Counted from the first letter of the stretch, positions 7,764 through 15,210 are shown. The stretch: 20,000 nucleotides of DNA from an uncultured virus (IMG/VR IMGVR_UViG_3300035182_002585) (IMGVR_UViG_3300035182_002585); one strand, 5' to 3'. A program made the numbers and translations. The notes: generated by a model not told the origin, from the sequence alone.

Positions 7764-9509
7764 TCAGAGACGCTCGACGCTGGACGTGGCGGCGACGGCC
7801 ACCGGAGCCGAACCCGCGACGCGCGAGTGGACGACCGACTTCGCCAGCGGGTCGAGGACGCGACTGAGATGGTTGATTGCATCGGCCGAGGCGCCGATCG
7901 AGCCGAGCCCCTCGCGCAGCCCCGAGCCCATCGTACCCTCGACGAGCCCGACGATGCTGCTGACCGTCTCGCAGATGTGGTCCGCGTGGGCGAGCATGAT
8001 GACATGCTCGGTGCCGAGGAGCGAGACCCACTGCTCGCGGACCCACGGGTCACGGCCGTTGTTCGCGTTGGTGGGGAGCAGGAAGAACACGTGGTACTTC
8101 TCCTGCGCTTCCTTCACGAGGGTCGCCGTGGACACGTCGGCCTCGGCGCCGTCGTCGAAAACGTTCTGCGCTTCCTTGCGCGTGGTCACGTCGTACGGGC
8201 CTTCGTCGCCGATGATGAAGCAGTTACTCGAAGCATAGCCCCACGCAACATAGTTGTGTGTCGTCGTCTGCATCGAGACGACTTCCTGCGGGGGCAGAGA
8301 CTCGATCTTCGCGACGCGATCTCCAGTGCGACTCATCGTAGGAGGGCGTCCCTCCTCACCGTGTTCGTACTTTGCCCACTTCGAGGACAGGATGAGGTCG
8401 AGGAGCTGCTTACGCCGCGTGATCGGCAGCGCGAGGATCTTCACGTACGTCTGGAGACCACCGAGCATGAAGTAGCTGTCCGTCCGATAGTTGAAGTCGA
8501 ACCCAAGCCGCGTCAGCGTCTCTTCGATCCTTTTACAGACTTCCGGGTTGTGGTCTCTGTCCTGCGAAATACCATTCACAGACCCCTCGCCGTCGTAAAT
8601 GCCCGCAAGCCAAGCGGCATCTTCACGAAGCTCAGGCGACAAGGGCTCGATCGGGTCGATGACATGGGAGAGGAGCGCCCCCTTGCCGTATCGATTCGTA
8701 ACCTCGGTGAAGATGTCAACATCCTCCTCGTTGCCCTTCCCGTGGTGACCCGAGAGCCACTGGTGATCTTCAGTACATCGCAGTACACGTCCCGACTCCA
8801 TAGTGACTTGTACGACGTTCTCGGCATGGCGCCTCTGCACCGCTTGCACGGTTGTCACCACGAGAGAACGCCGCCCATTGAGGCGCTCCCAACCCATCAC
8901 CTTGTCACCGGGTACCACCTCTCCGATGGGTTTGAAGGTCTGATCCGCCATCCAGATGGGAGCGTCTGGAGTGTTGCAGTAGCCCTTCTTCTGGCGCTTC
9001 TCGAAGCAGTCGATGCTCGTGTGGCGCGCGGCGAAGTAGAGCGCGAGCTGATAGCTCTCGCGCGGCGGACGCTGCCCACCGCCGCCGCCCTCGATGAAGA
9101 CGCGCGTGAGGTCGTCGTCCATCTCGACGCCGGACTCGAACTGGCCGACCTGGAGCGCCACGCGATCCGAGTGGTAGTCGCCGACCGCACCGAAGAGGAT
9201 CTGCGGATCCGCGACGACGCCCTTGTTGAGCATCCCCATGAGGTTCGGGAGCTGCTTCTGAAGGTCGACGGGGATGCCGCCCATCGAGCCCGTCACGTCG
9301 AAGAAGAAGGCGATGGCGACCGAGTTCGGGTGCGCGGCCGAGTCGCGGCTCTCGCGCGTGACGCCCTTCGGGCTCATCTTGTCGTGCGCCTTGGCGGCCA
9401 CCTTGCCGGTCTTCACCGCGTGGTCGTAGGCGAACGTCGGGGTGTGGGTCGCCTGCTTCGCAGCCTGGCGATCCTTGTAGAAGTCGTCGTTCCAGTAAGA
9501 GCCACCCAT
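7764..9509 (-). CDS. vWA (MIDAS) domain protein containing an intein (581 aa precursor, ~329 aa spliced)
   Basis: AAGGAGGT 5 nt before ATG 9509 (MGGSYWN); FFFDVTGSMG MIDAS motif, GAVGD, GQFES, EGGGGGQ..ESY; KKGY|intein|CFIIGDE. Confidence 0.9.
   Translation of the reverse strand: MGGSYWNDDFYKDRQAAKQATHTPTFAYDHAVKTGKVAAKAHDKMSPKGVTRESRDSAAHPNSVAIAFFFDVTGSMGGIPVDLQKQLPNLMGMLNKGVVADPQILFGAVGDYHSDRVALQVGQFESGVEMDDDLTRVFIEGGGGGQRPPRESYQLALYFAARHTSIDCFEKRQKKGYCNTPDAPIWMADQTFKPIGEVVPGDKVMGWERLNGRRSLVVTTVQAVQRRHAENVVQVTMESGRVLRCTEDHQWLSGHHGKGNEEDVDIFTEVTNRYGKGALLSHVIDPIEPLSPELREDAAWLAGIYDGEGSVNGISQDRDHNPEVCKRIEETLTRLGFDFNYRTDSYFMLGGLQTYVKILALPITRRKQLLDLILSSKWAKYEHGEEGRPPTMSRTGDRVAKIESLPPQEVVSMQTTTHNYVAWGYASSNCFIIGDEGPYDVTTRKEAQNVFDDGAEADVSTATLVKEAQEKYHVFFLLPTNANNGRDPWVREQWVSLLGTEHVIMLAHADHICETVSSIVGLVEGTMGSGLREGLGSIGASADAINHLSRVLDPLAKSVVHSRVAGSAPVAVAATSSVERL
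8223..8978 (-). mobile_element. Intein (252 aa) with LAGLIDADG-type segment
   Basis: Block A CNTPDAPIWMADQTFKPIGEVVPGDKV; block B RCTEDHQWL; WLAGIYDGEGSV; block F/G VVSMQTTTHNYVAWGYASSN followed by Cys+1. Confidence 0.92.
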
Positions 9510-9538
9510 GGGGGACCTCCTTGTCTCTCGTTGCTCCG

Positions 9539-10492
9539 TCAGGTTCTCGGCGGCATGTCGAGAACCCTGTACTTGCGCTCGACGCCCATTCGGCGAAGAA
9601 CCGCCTCCAGTTCGTCGTGCAGAGCCCACGCGTCCGTAGGCCGTCCCGCCTTGTCGTAGACGAGGAACTTCGAGACGAACTCCCGGAACGGGGTCGGGAC
9701 CGTCGAAGGCATCTCGTTCGTCGGGACATCACCCCCGAGCACGGCGACGATGCACTTGCCGACCATGTAGAGGTCGGTCGCCGCAGAGACGGGTTTCTTC
9801 TCCAGGATCTCCGGCGCGTAGAAGACACGGTAGGCGGGCGAGATGGCCTTGACCCGATCTCCGGTCGGGACCGCGTAGCACCAGTCGATGAACTTCGCGC
9901 CATGGCCACGAGGGTCAACCATCACGTGCGGTGGGAGCACCGCCCCATGAACGAAGCCCTTGACGTGAACGAAGCCGATCCCGGCCAGCATGCGGAAGGC
10001 CATCCAGAGCACGTCGAGGTAGTCGAGCCCCTTCGAGTGCGCCTGGCGCACTTCGTCGAGCCCTCGGTACTCCTTGAGGTACGGCAGCACCGTCGCGCGC
10101 CGAGGGCCCGTTGCTGCATCCTGCATCAGGAACGCGTCGAAGAGGCGCGGCAGGTAGCGGTAGAACTTCTCGTCCCCCTGCTCCGGCGGGTAGAGCGTGT
10201 CGAGCACGCGCGCTTCGTTCTCCACAAGGTCATTGTCCTGCGCAGACCGTGCGATCTTGAGCACACCGTCGATGTCCGGGGCGACGTAATGGAAGAGGTC
10301 ACACACGTCCCCTTGCGCGAACCGGTCACCGAGCGTGAAGGCACGCTTCCTCGCGTCCGGCAGCGGCGGCTTGGGCGGCTTGGGCGGCGGCGCAGGGGGG
10401 CCGAACGGGTCTTCCAGGAGGACGGACCAGGCTTCGGGGGCCTCGGGCTCCACAACCGCAGGGTCGGGGAGGATGGGGTTTTTCTTGGGCAT
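9539..10492 (-). CDS. Ser/Thr protein kinase-fold protein (pseudokinase-like) with Pro-rich N-terminus
   Basis: VLKIAR (beta3 Lys), ENEARVL (alphaC Glu), VHGAVLPPHV (catalytic loop without Asp/Asn), IDWCYA (DFG equivalent), YAPE, TDLYMVG, RPT. Confidence 0.88.
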   Translation of the reverse strand: MPKKNPILPDPAVVEPEAPEAWSVLLEDPFGPPAPPPKPPKPPLPDARKRAFTLGDRFAQGDVCDLFHYVAPDIDGVLKIARSAQDNDLVENEARVLDTLYPPEQGDEKFYRYLPRLFDAFLMQDAATGPRRATVLPYLKEYRGLDEVRQAHSKGLDYLDVLWMAFRMLAGIGFVHVKGFVHGAVLPPHVMVDPRGHGAKFIDWCYAVPTGDRVKAISPAYRVFYAPEILEKKPVSAATDLYMVGKCIVAVLGGDVPTNEMPSTVPTPFREFVSKFLVYDKAGRPTDAWALHDELEAVLRRMGVERKYRVLDMPPRT

Positions 10493-10495
10493 GGC

Positions 10496-11311
10496 TCAGA
10501 TCTCGAAGGGCTCGAAGATGAAGTCGCGTTTGATTGCGGCGTCGTAGCGGCGCTTGTCGAATCGGTAGATGGCCGCAGCCGGACCAGGCTTGCTGTTGTT
10601 GGTCTCAACCCCACACTGGACGAGGAAGCCCTTCACGCGCTTGTAGAAGTTGCGGCGGTCGATCTCGCGCATGAGGATCGCCTCGTAGAAGCGTTGAAGC
10701 TGCACGAGAGTGAACTTCGGAGGCAGGAGCTTGAAGGCGATGGGCGTGTAGCGGATTTTCGCCTGGAGCCTCGTGAGAGCCGTCCGAAGGATGTCCGCGT
10801 GGTCGAAGGCGAGCGTCCCCCACGAACCGGTCGGATCCCCGATGAGAGTTGGGTCGTTCCCGTCCCCGTGAACGAAGACCTCGTGACTCGACCGACCTCG
10901 GACCCCCTCCGACCCGATGAAGTTGAACCACCCCACATCAGCCGCATCCGACCCCGCCGTCGCCGTGTGGTCCTTGGTGCGGACCAGCGCGTAGTACGCG
11001 ACGGACACGACACGCCCCCTCGGGTCCCGCCCGGGAGTGGCGAACGTGTAGAGCTGTTCGAGATACTCGATCTCAACGGCCGTCTCTTCTTGCAGCTCAC
11101 GCTGCGCAGCGGCCTCCAGAGACTCGCCCTGGTCGCCGTTGTCCGAGACGTGCACGAAGCCTCCGGGGAGCGCCCAACGTCCCTTGAAGGGGTCGTCAGC
11201 CCTGCGTACGAGAAGCACCTGCAACTCCGGCTTGGAATCGCGCTGGTTGATCCCGAAGACCACGCAGTCGACCGTCAAGGACGGGCGCGGATATTCGTAG
11301 GTGTGCGGCAT
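10496..11311 (-). CDS. nrtR: NrtR-family regulator (Nudix + winged HTH)
   Basis: YPRPSLTVDCVVFG, WALPGGF, RELQEET, LEQLYTF..PGRDPRGRVVSVAY, LAFDH, LLPPKFTLVQLQRFYEAIL..IDRRNF, IYRF. Start ATG 11311. Confidence 0.92.
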   Translation of the reverse strand: MPHTYEYPRPSLTVDCVVFGINQRDSKPELQVLLVRRADDPFKGRWALPGGFVHVSDNGDQGESLEAAAQRELQEETAVEIEYLEQLYTFATPGRDPRGRVVSVAYYALVRTKDHTATAGSDAADVGWFNFIGSEGVRGRSSHEVFVHGDGNDPTLIGDPTGSWGTLAFDHADILRTALTRLQAKIRYTPIAFKLLPPKFTLVQLQRFYEAILMREIDRRNFYKRVKGFLVQCGVETNNSKPGPAAAIYRFDKRRYDAAIKRDFIFEPFEI

Positions 11312-11361
11312 CAGTGTCTCTGTACACCGTTCTAAGCCCCGCATCAGTGTAAGTCAACACC
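11308..11361. promoter_or_regulatory. Two operator-like boxes GCATCAGTGT-N6-ACACC at the nrtR start
   Basis: Copies at 11308-11328 and 11341-11361 (33-bp period), each with a GTGT-N6-ACAC dyad. Confidence 0.5.
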
Positions 11362-11379
11362 ATTCGTCCGCAGCGGAAG

Positions 11380-11652
11380 CTAGGGCCAGATCTCGGGCTT
11401 TTCGTCCGTGTAGGGGACGGGTCCCGGCATGAGCTGCCGGGTGTCGAGAGGCCGCCCCTTCTCGTCCACCTGGACCCACCGCGACGTGATGGGGGTGTCC
11501 CCGCTCCCAACGGCGAAGAACTCCTGCCATCGCCCGCCCACAACGCGTCGGTGCACCTCGAAGTTCGACCCGAGCCAGCGAGCGAGCCATCGCTCCAGCC
11601 GGCTGAACGTAGGGCGCCCATCAGGGAGCGCGGTGCGGTACGCGAACGACAC
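11380..11652 (-). CDS. Hypothetical protein (90 aa, Trp-rich)
   Basis: GTG 11652 is 9 nt after CGGTGTA; GC3-rich frame. Confidence 0.65.
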   Translation of the reverse strand: MSFAYRTALPDGRPTFSRLERWLARWLGSNFEVHRRVVGGRWQEFFAVGSGDTPITSRWVQVDEKGRPLDTRQLMPGPVPYTDEKPEIWP

Positions 11653-11669
11653 GCCCTCTACTACACCGG

Positions 11670-12500
11670 TCAGGTCCCCTTACGAGGGGACACCCACGCA
11701 CGCCACCGGTGCAGCGGTCGCTCGACGTACCCCGAAGGTGCGTACTCGATCTGGTCGATGTACTTCGTGTAGGGCTTCATCAACGGGAGGCGCGCAAGGC
11801 GGCCGAAGTTCCCGCTCTTGTCCCCGGTCTCGTTGATGGCTTCCTCCGCACCCTCCGGGTAGGGCCGAAGATCGAGGCGCTCTTCGACTTTCTTCCCCTC
11901 CCCCCGCCAGTGCCAGTTTCGGTAGGTGGCGACGAAGCGGAGGTGATCGATGTAGGGCTCGAAGAGCACGATGCGGCCCCGCTCGGGGTAGCCGAACTCG
12001 TACATGTACGGGCAGACGACGAGCAGGTCGGGGACCCCACACGCACCAACACCCGCCGTCATCCGGTAGGTGGGCTCACCCTCTGCGGTCGCTACGTTCC
12101 AGCTCTTGACTTCGATCCCGAAGGCAGGGCGTGTCTTGGGCTCGCAGAACACGATGTCCGGGAACCGGCTAGGCTGCCGCACGAACGCGTGCCGGGTGAA
12201 GGACCCCTCGGGGTCGAGGTGCTTGCGCTTGCTGCGGAGTAGCTCCTCGACCGCCATCTCGATGAGGCAGTCCGGGGAGTTTTCCACGATCTCACGCTCA
12301 TTCCGCAGCATGTCGCGGAGAGCATCGAAGTGTTGCGGGAGCATCTTCAGCACATCCTTCACACGCCTCCACATCGCCAAGTACGGCCAGTCTTCCGCCG
12401 GCTCCTCCCGTGTGAAAGTGGCGAAGGTCGTTACGGTACCGTCCTCTTGCGGCAGGTCGTCGAGGTCAGAGAGGGAGAAGGGGGTCTCGAAGTCAGTCAC
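11670..12500 (-). CDS. PD-(D/E)xK nuclease, type II restriction endonuclease-like
   Basis: FVRQPSRFPDIVF...FGIEVKSW...EGEP, DLLVVCP, YRNWHW, GNFGRLAR. Start moved to GTG 12500, 11 nt after CGGTGTA. Confidence 0.75.
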   Translation of the reverse strand: MTDFETPFSLSDLDDLPQEDGTVTTFATFTREEPAEDWPYLAMWRRVKDVLKMLPQHFDALRDMLRNEREIVENSPDCLIEMAVEELLRSKRKHLDPEGSFTRHAFVRQPSRFPDIVFCEPKTRPAFGIEVKSWNVATAEGEPTYRMTAGVGACGVPDLLVVCPYMYEFGYPERGRIVLFEPYIDHLRFVATYRNWHWRGEGKKVEERLDLRPYPEGAEEAINETGDKSGNFGRLARLPLMKPYTKYIDQIEYAPSGYVERPLHRWRAWVSPRKGT

Positions 12501-12511
12501 GTGTGGGCGCG

Positions 12512-12527
12512 TACACCGACCGGTGTA
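12512..12527. promoter_or_regulatory. Back-to-back CGGTGTA motifs (divergent gene pair)
   Basis: TACACCG-AC-CGGTGTA; 11 nt to GTG 12500 and 10 nt to ATG 12538. Confidence 0.7.
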
Positions 12528-12537
12528 GAAACCGAGC

Positions 12538-12888
12538 ATGACCTTCGACGCCACCCTCCGCCTCCTCAACGAACAAGCTGCCGTCGTCTACCCGGGTTCG
12601 ACCTTCCGCTCCCCTCTTCGGATCTTCAAGGACGGGACCGTTCAGATCGCGATGCTTCGCGACGCCGGAGACAAGAGCGGCGAGGTGCTCTATGCGCACG
12701 GTGATGGGCCCGACTCGAACACGGCGGTGGAGAAGCTCCTCGTGGCGTTCGTCGCGATGCTCGACAAGCGCACGGACGAGATGGACAAGAAGCTCCAGGA
12801 GACGATGCGAAGCCTTGGCGCTAGCATCGCCCTCACGCGCGGCGTGTCGACCGCCATCAAGGGGGCGGCGGTCGACGCCCTGACCTAG
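12538..12888 (+). CDS. Hypothetical protein (116 aa)
   Basis: ATG 10 nt after CGGTGTA (12521-12527); GC3-rich; coiled-coil-like C-half. Confidence 0.75.
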   Translation: MTFDATLRLLNEQAAVVYPGSTFRSPLRIFKDGTVQIAMLRDAGDKSGEVLYAHGDGPDSNTAVEKLLVAFVAMLDKRTDEMDKKLQETMRSLGASIALTRGVSTAIKGAAVDALT

Positions 12889-13183
12889 AGGCCGACACCT
12901 GAGGCGCGGGCTCGTCGTCATCCTCGATGGGCCCGCTGTCTTCGTCCTCGTCATCTCCCTTCGCCTTCGCCTCTGCGATCGCGGTGTAGGCGCGGTGGAG
13001 CTTCGCGTGCAGGTCCCAGTCTGCACACTGCGGGCCGCTGACGGACCACGGGAACCACTGGAAGCGGGCCTCTTCGAGGAGGTCCTGGATGAAGCAGACC
13101 TCGGCCGACGTGTCGAGGAATTCGTCCAGCTCGGCGCCTTTCAGCTCGTCACCCACACGACGGTCCGCGATCTGCCTCCACAC
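12857..13183 (-). CDS. Hypothetical protein with acidic tail, possibly a 5'-truncated fragment
   Basis: Coding-like frame (EFLDTSAEVCFIQDLLEEARFQWFPWSVSGPQ) but an in-frame TAG at 13199-13201 and no clear initiation signal. Confidence 0.5.
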   Translation of the reverse strand: MWRQIADRRVGDELKGAELDEFLDTSAEVCFIQDLLEEARFQWFPWSVSGPQCADWDLHAKLHRAYTAIAEAKAKGDDEDEDSGPIEDDDEPAPQVSASRSGRRPPPP

Positions 13184-13364
13184 GGTGTCGAGCCCGTGCT
13201 ACGGAGAGGCTCTCGAAATCCGCGAGGGTCCGCGCCTGCTTCCAGGTGATCTGCTCTGTGAAGACGTAGCCTACAGGGAGGGGGACGTCCCCGTTGCGGA
13301 CTTCGACTGTGGCCTCACGCGGCCCCCGACCGGCGATCCAATGAACGTTTACGAGAGGCTTCAA
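13149..13364 (-). CDS. Hypothetical protein (71 aa)
   Basis: TTG start overlaps the upstream TGA (TTGA, 13364-13361). Confidence 0.45.
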   Translation of the reverse strand: MKPLVNVHWIAGRGPREATVEVRNGDVPLPVGYVFTEQITWKQARTLADFESLSVARARHRVEADRGPSCG

Positions 13365-13555
13365 CCGAGAACCCTCTGTATGGTCCCCACGGCCGCTTTG
13401 ATCTCAGGCTTCTCCGACATCTGAGCGACGGGCAGGATGAGACGCGAAGCGCGTCGAAGGTCTAGAAGGTCACGGAGAGCGGCACAGATCTTCGTGGTGT
13501 CGTTCCCCGTGCCCTCGTACGCGATGATGTGACTCTCAACCTGCTCGTCGGTCAT
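13361..13555 (-). CDS. Hypothetical protein (64 aa)
   Basis: ATG 13555 (MTDEQVE) is 4 nt after the stop of 13560..14249. Confidence 0.6.
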   Translation of the reverse strand: MTDEQVESHIIAYEGTGNDTTKICAALRDLLDLRRASRLILPVAQMSEKPEIKAAVGTIQRVLG

Positions 13556-13559
13556 GGGC

Positions 13560-14249
13560 CTAGCTATGGTTGGCGATGCGCAGGAACTCGGCTTCTGCCG
13601 TCTCCAGCATGAGCTTCTGCGCGAGCATCGTGTCTTCGTCCGGCACGGCAGCGGCCGGGTGTGCGCACAGGGTCTTGATGATGCGCCCGTTGCCCAGGTC
13701 GATCTCCTGTACGTTGCGCGAGCGCCCCCGGTTGATCCGGTAGCGACGCCTGCGCCCGTCCTGGCTGAGCACGTCGAGGTGGAAGCGGCCTGCCCGAGAC
13801 AGCTCTTCCAACTGCTCGGCCGTGAGGTGCTCGTGGAGCAGCCTCGTCGCACGCTCGCGAGCCCGGGCCCTCTCAGCCTCGGCCTCGATGGCCCTCTTGC
13901 GATAGCTCTCGTCCCCTGCCACCGGCTGCACGCGCTGGTAGCCAGGAACGACGTTGATCGCCGACCCGTTCGTCAGCGTGTAGGAGACGTTCCACGCAGT
14001 CCAGATCTGGTTGCCCGTGACGCTGGTATCGTTCGTCACGATGTTGATCAGCCCAGTCGAGGTTCCCGTCAACGTGGTGACGTAGTTCTCGTTCCAGACC
14101 TGCCAGACCGTGGCGTTGATCGTCGCCACGGAGTTGGCGCCCGTGATGGACATGCCCACGAGGTTCGAGAGCTGATCCACCCCCGTGCTGGCGGGGGGCT
14201 GAACGACTCGGACCTGCGGCTGCGGTATCGCGAGGGCTGCACTAGGCAT
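13560..14249 (-). CDS. Hypothetical protein: Thr/Asn-rich N-half, coiled linker, globular C-domain with LCAHP
   Basis: AAGGAG SD before ATG 14249; ATRLLHEHLTAEQ..F..RYRINRGRSRNVQEID..LCAHP..VPDEDTMLAQKLMLE..FLRIAN. Confidence 0.85.
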   Translation of the reverse strand: MPSAALAIPQPQVRVVQPPASTGVDQLSNLVGMSITGANSVATINATVWQVWNENYVTTLTGTSTGLINIVTNDTSVTGNQIWTAWNVSYTLTNGSAINVVPGYQRVQPVAGDESYRKRAIEAEAERARARERATRLLHEHLTAEQLEELSRAGRFHLDVLSQDGRRRRYRINRGRSRNVQEIDLGNGRIIKTLCAHPAAAVPDEDTMLAQKLMLETAEAEFLRIANHS

Positions 14250-14793
14250 TTACATCTTCTCCTTGTGCGGACACACACCCCCATTAAGGTGTGCACCGAG
14301 GTTGCACGAGTGACATGCGACCCGAAACTTGGCTGGCCAGCCTTGGCGCATCGCCAGTTCAGCCGTTCGGCACCCACTTTCGCCCCGTTCTTTCGTCCCA
14401 CCCCCTCGATATGATCGAGACCGAGAAGCAGTAGGATGCTCTCACCGTAGCAGTAACACTTAGGGGGTCACCGCTGTAGTGTCGAAGCGCTTCTACGACG
14501 ATCTCTTTGCGGCGACGATTTGTGTTCTCTCGCTTAACTTTGAGAAAGTGCTCGCGATTAAGTCTCTGCCAATCAGACCCGTCGGTTGGCTTGAAGGGTC
14601 CTTTGAGCCCCTCCCGGCGCAGACGCATGTACTCGCAACCGTTCTTCTCACGCCACTCCCGGTTGAGTTCCTTGACGCGATCAGGGTGCTCTGCACGCCA
14701 CTGCTTCGCCCGAGCATTGTCTTCTTCACGGTGGGCTTCGTGGTGAGCGCGACACGCGGCTCGGCGTCTCTCTCGGGCGGCAGTAGTTGTCAT
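14250..14793 (-). pseudogene. HNH homing-endonuclease-like gene with two frameshifts
   Basis: Adding one base in each 5-nt run (14463-14467 and 14401-14405) yields ..HYSGDPPKCYCYGESILLLLGLDHIEGGGTKER..QGWPAKFRVACHSCNLGAHLNGGVCPHKEKM*, with the stop abutting the next ATG; lower GC than flanks. Confidence 0.8.
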
Positions 14794-14808
14794 CAACCAC
14801 TGCCGCCC
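14775..14808 (-). promoter_or_regulatory. 15-bp RNA hairpin with the HNH start codon in its loop
   Basis: Minus strand GGGCGGCAGTGGTTG-ATGA-CAACTACTGCCGCCC: 14 Watson-Crick pairs plus one G-U. Confidence 0.75.
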
Positions 14809-14814
14809 ACAAGT

Positions 14815-15135
14815 TTATTGTCCCCCCGCCATTTGTGGCACGAGGATCAAGCGCCCGGCGGCCGGGTCGAAGTCCTTCATCTGGTCGCCCTGCTCGCCCT
14901 GCTTCCCCTTCACGTGAAAAGCCATGTAGCCCTTCTTGCGAAGGGAATCGAAGACGGCCTTCGCGGCCTCGACCTCGGCCGGCTTCTCCGGATCCCAGAT
15001 GTGCTTCGTGTCGCCGTTCTGGCCGAGAACGGCCATCGCGAACTTGTGGGCGGGAACGTCCTTGAACGCCAGGTCCTCGGAGCTTTCGAGCCCCGGGGCC
15101 GACCCCTTCACCGTCTCGATGCCAGTCGTCTCCAT
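14815..15135 (-). CDS. Small protein (106 aa) ending in AGGQ
   Basis: AAAGGA 9 nt before ATG 15135 (METTG); core MAVLGQNGDTKHIWDP..EVEAAKAVFDSLRKKGYMAF..FDPAAGRLILVPQMAGGQ. Confidence 0.8.
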   Translation of the reverse strand: METTGIETVKGSAPGLESSEDLAFKDVPAHKFAMAVLGQNGDTKHIWDPEKPAEVEAAKAVFDSLRKKGYMAFHVKGKQGEQGDQMKDFDPAAGRLILVPQMAGGQ

Positions 15136-15183
15136 CCGATCCGATCCTTTCGTGGGGTGCAGCACGGCCCCACGTCCTGGATG

Positions 15184-15201
15184 TACACCGGAAGCGGTGT
15201 A
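15184..15201. promoter_or_regulatory. Back-to-back CGGTGTA motifs (divergent gene pair)
   Basis: TACACCG-GAAG-CGGTGTA; 9 nt to ATG 15211. The minus-strand copy precedes the SD-led gene at 15135. Confidence 0.7.
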
Positions 15202-15210
15202 CCAGGAGAC

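Noticed and set aside
9510..9629. Longer track starts for vWA (9629), NrtR (11344), nuclease (12569) and others
   Set aside because: The extensions overlap neighbouring genes or motifs; downstream starts have an SD or the GGTGTA box and match domain boundaries.
7200..9659. 819-aa plus-strand ORF (also 823..1923, 4297..5430, 9521..11335, 17766..19019)
   Set aside because: Antisense shadows of GC3-biased real genes; R/G/A-rich with no motifs.
7197..11311. Known phage NAD reconstitution pathway (NARP1/NARP2)
   Set aside because: No PRPP-synthetase-like, NAMPT-like or NMNAT gene was recognised in the window.
12982..12988. Extra CGGTGTA copy before ORF 12995..13249
   Set aside because: It lies inside a minus-strand coding frame (A-Y-T-A codons), the gap is only 6 nt and the downstream ORF is an antisense shadow; likely chance.
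4759..13201. TAG stop-codon reassignment (in-frame TAGs at 4759-4761 and 13199-13201)
   Set aside because: Several intact genes (748, 1243, 2448, 13560) end at TAG right before the next gene or promoter motif, and readthrough does not give better protein-like sequence.
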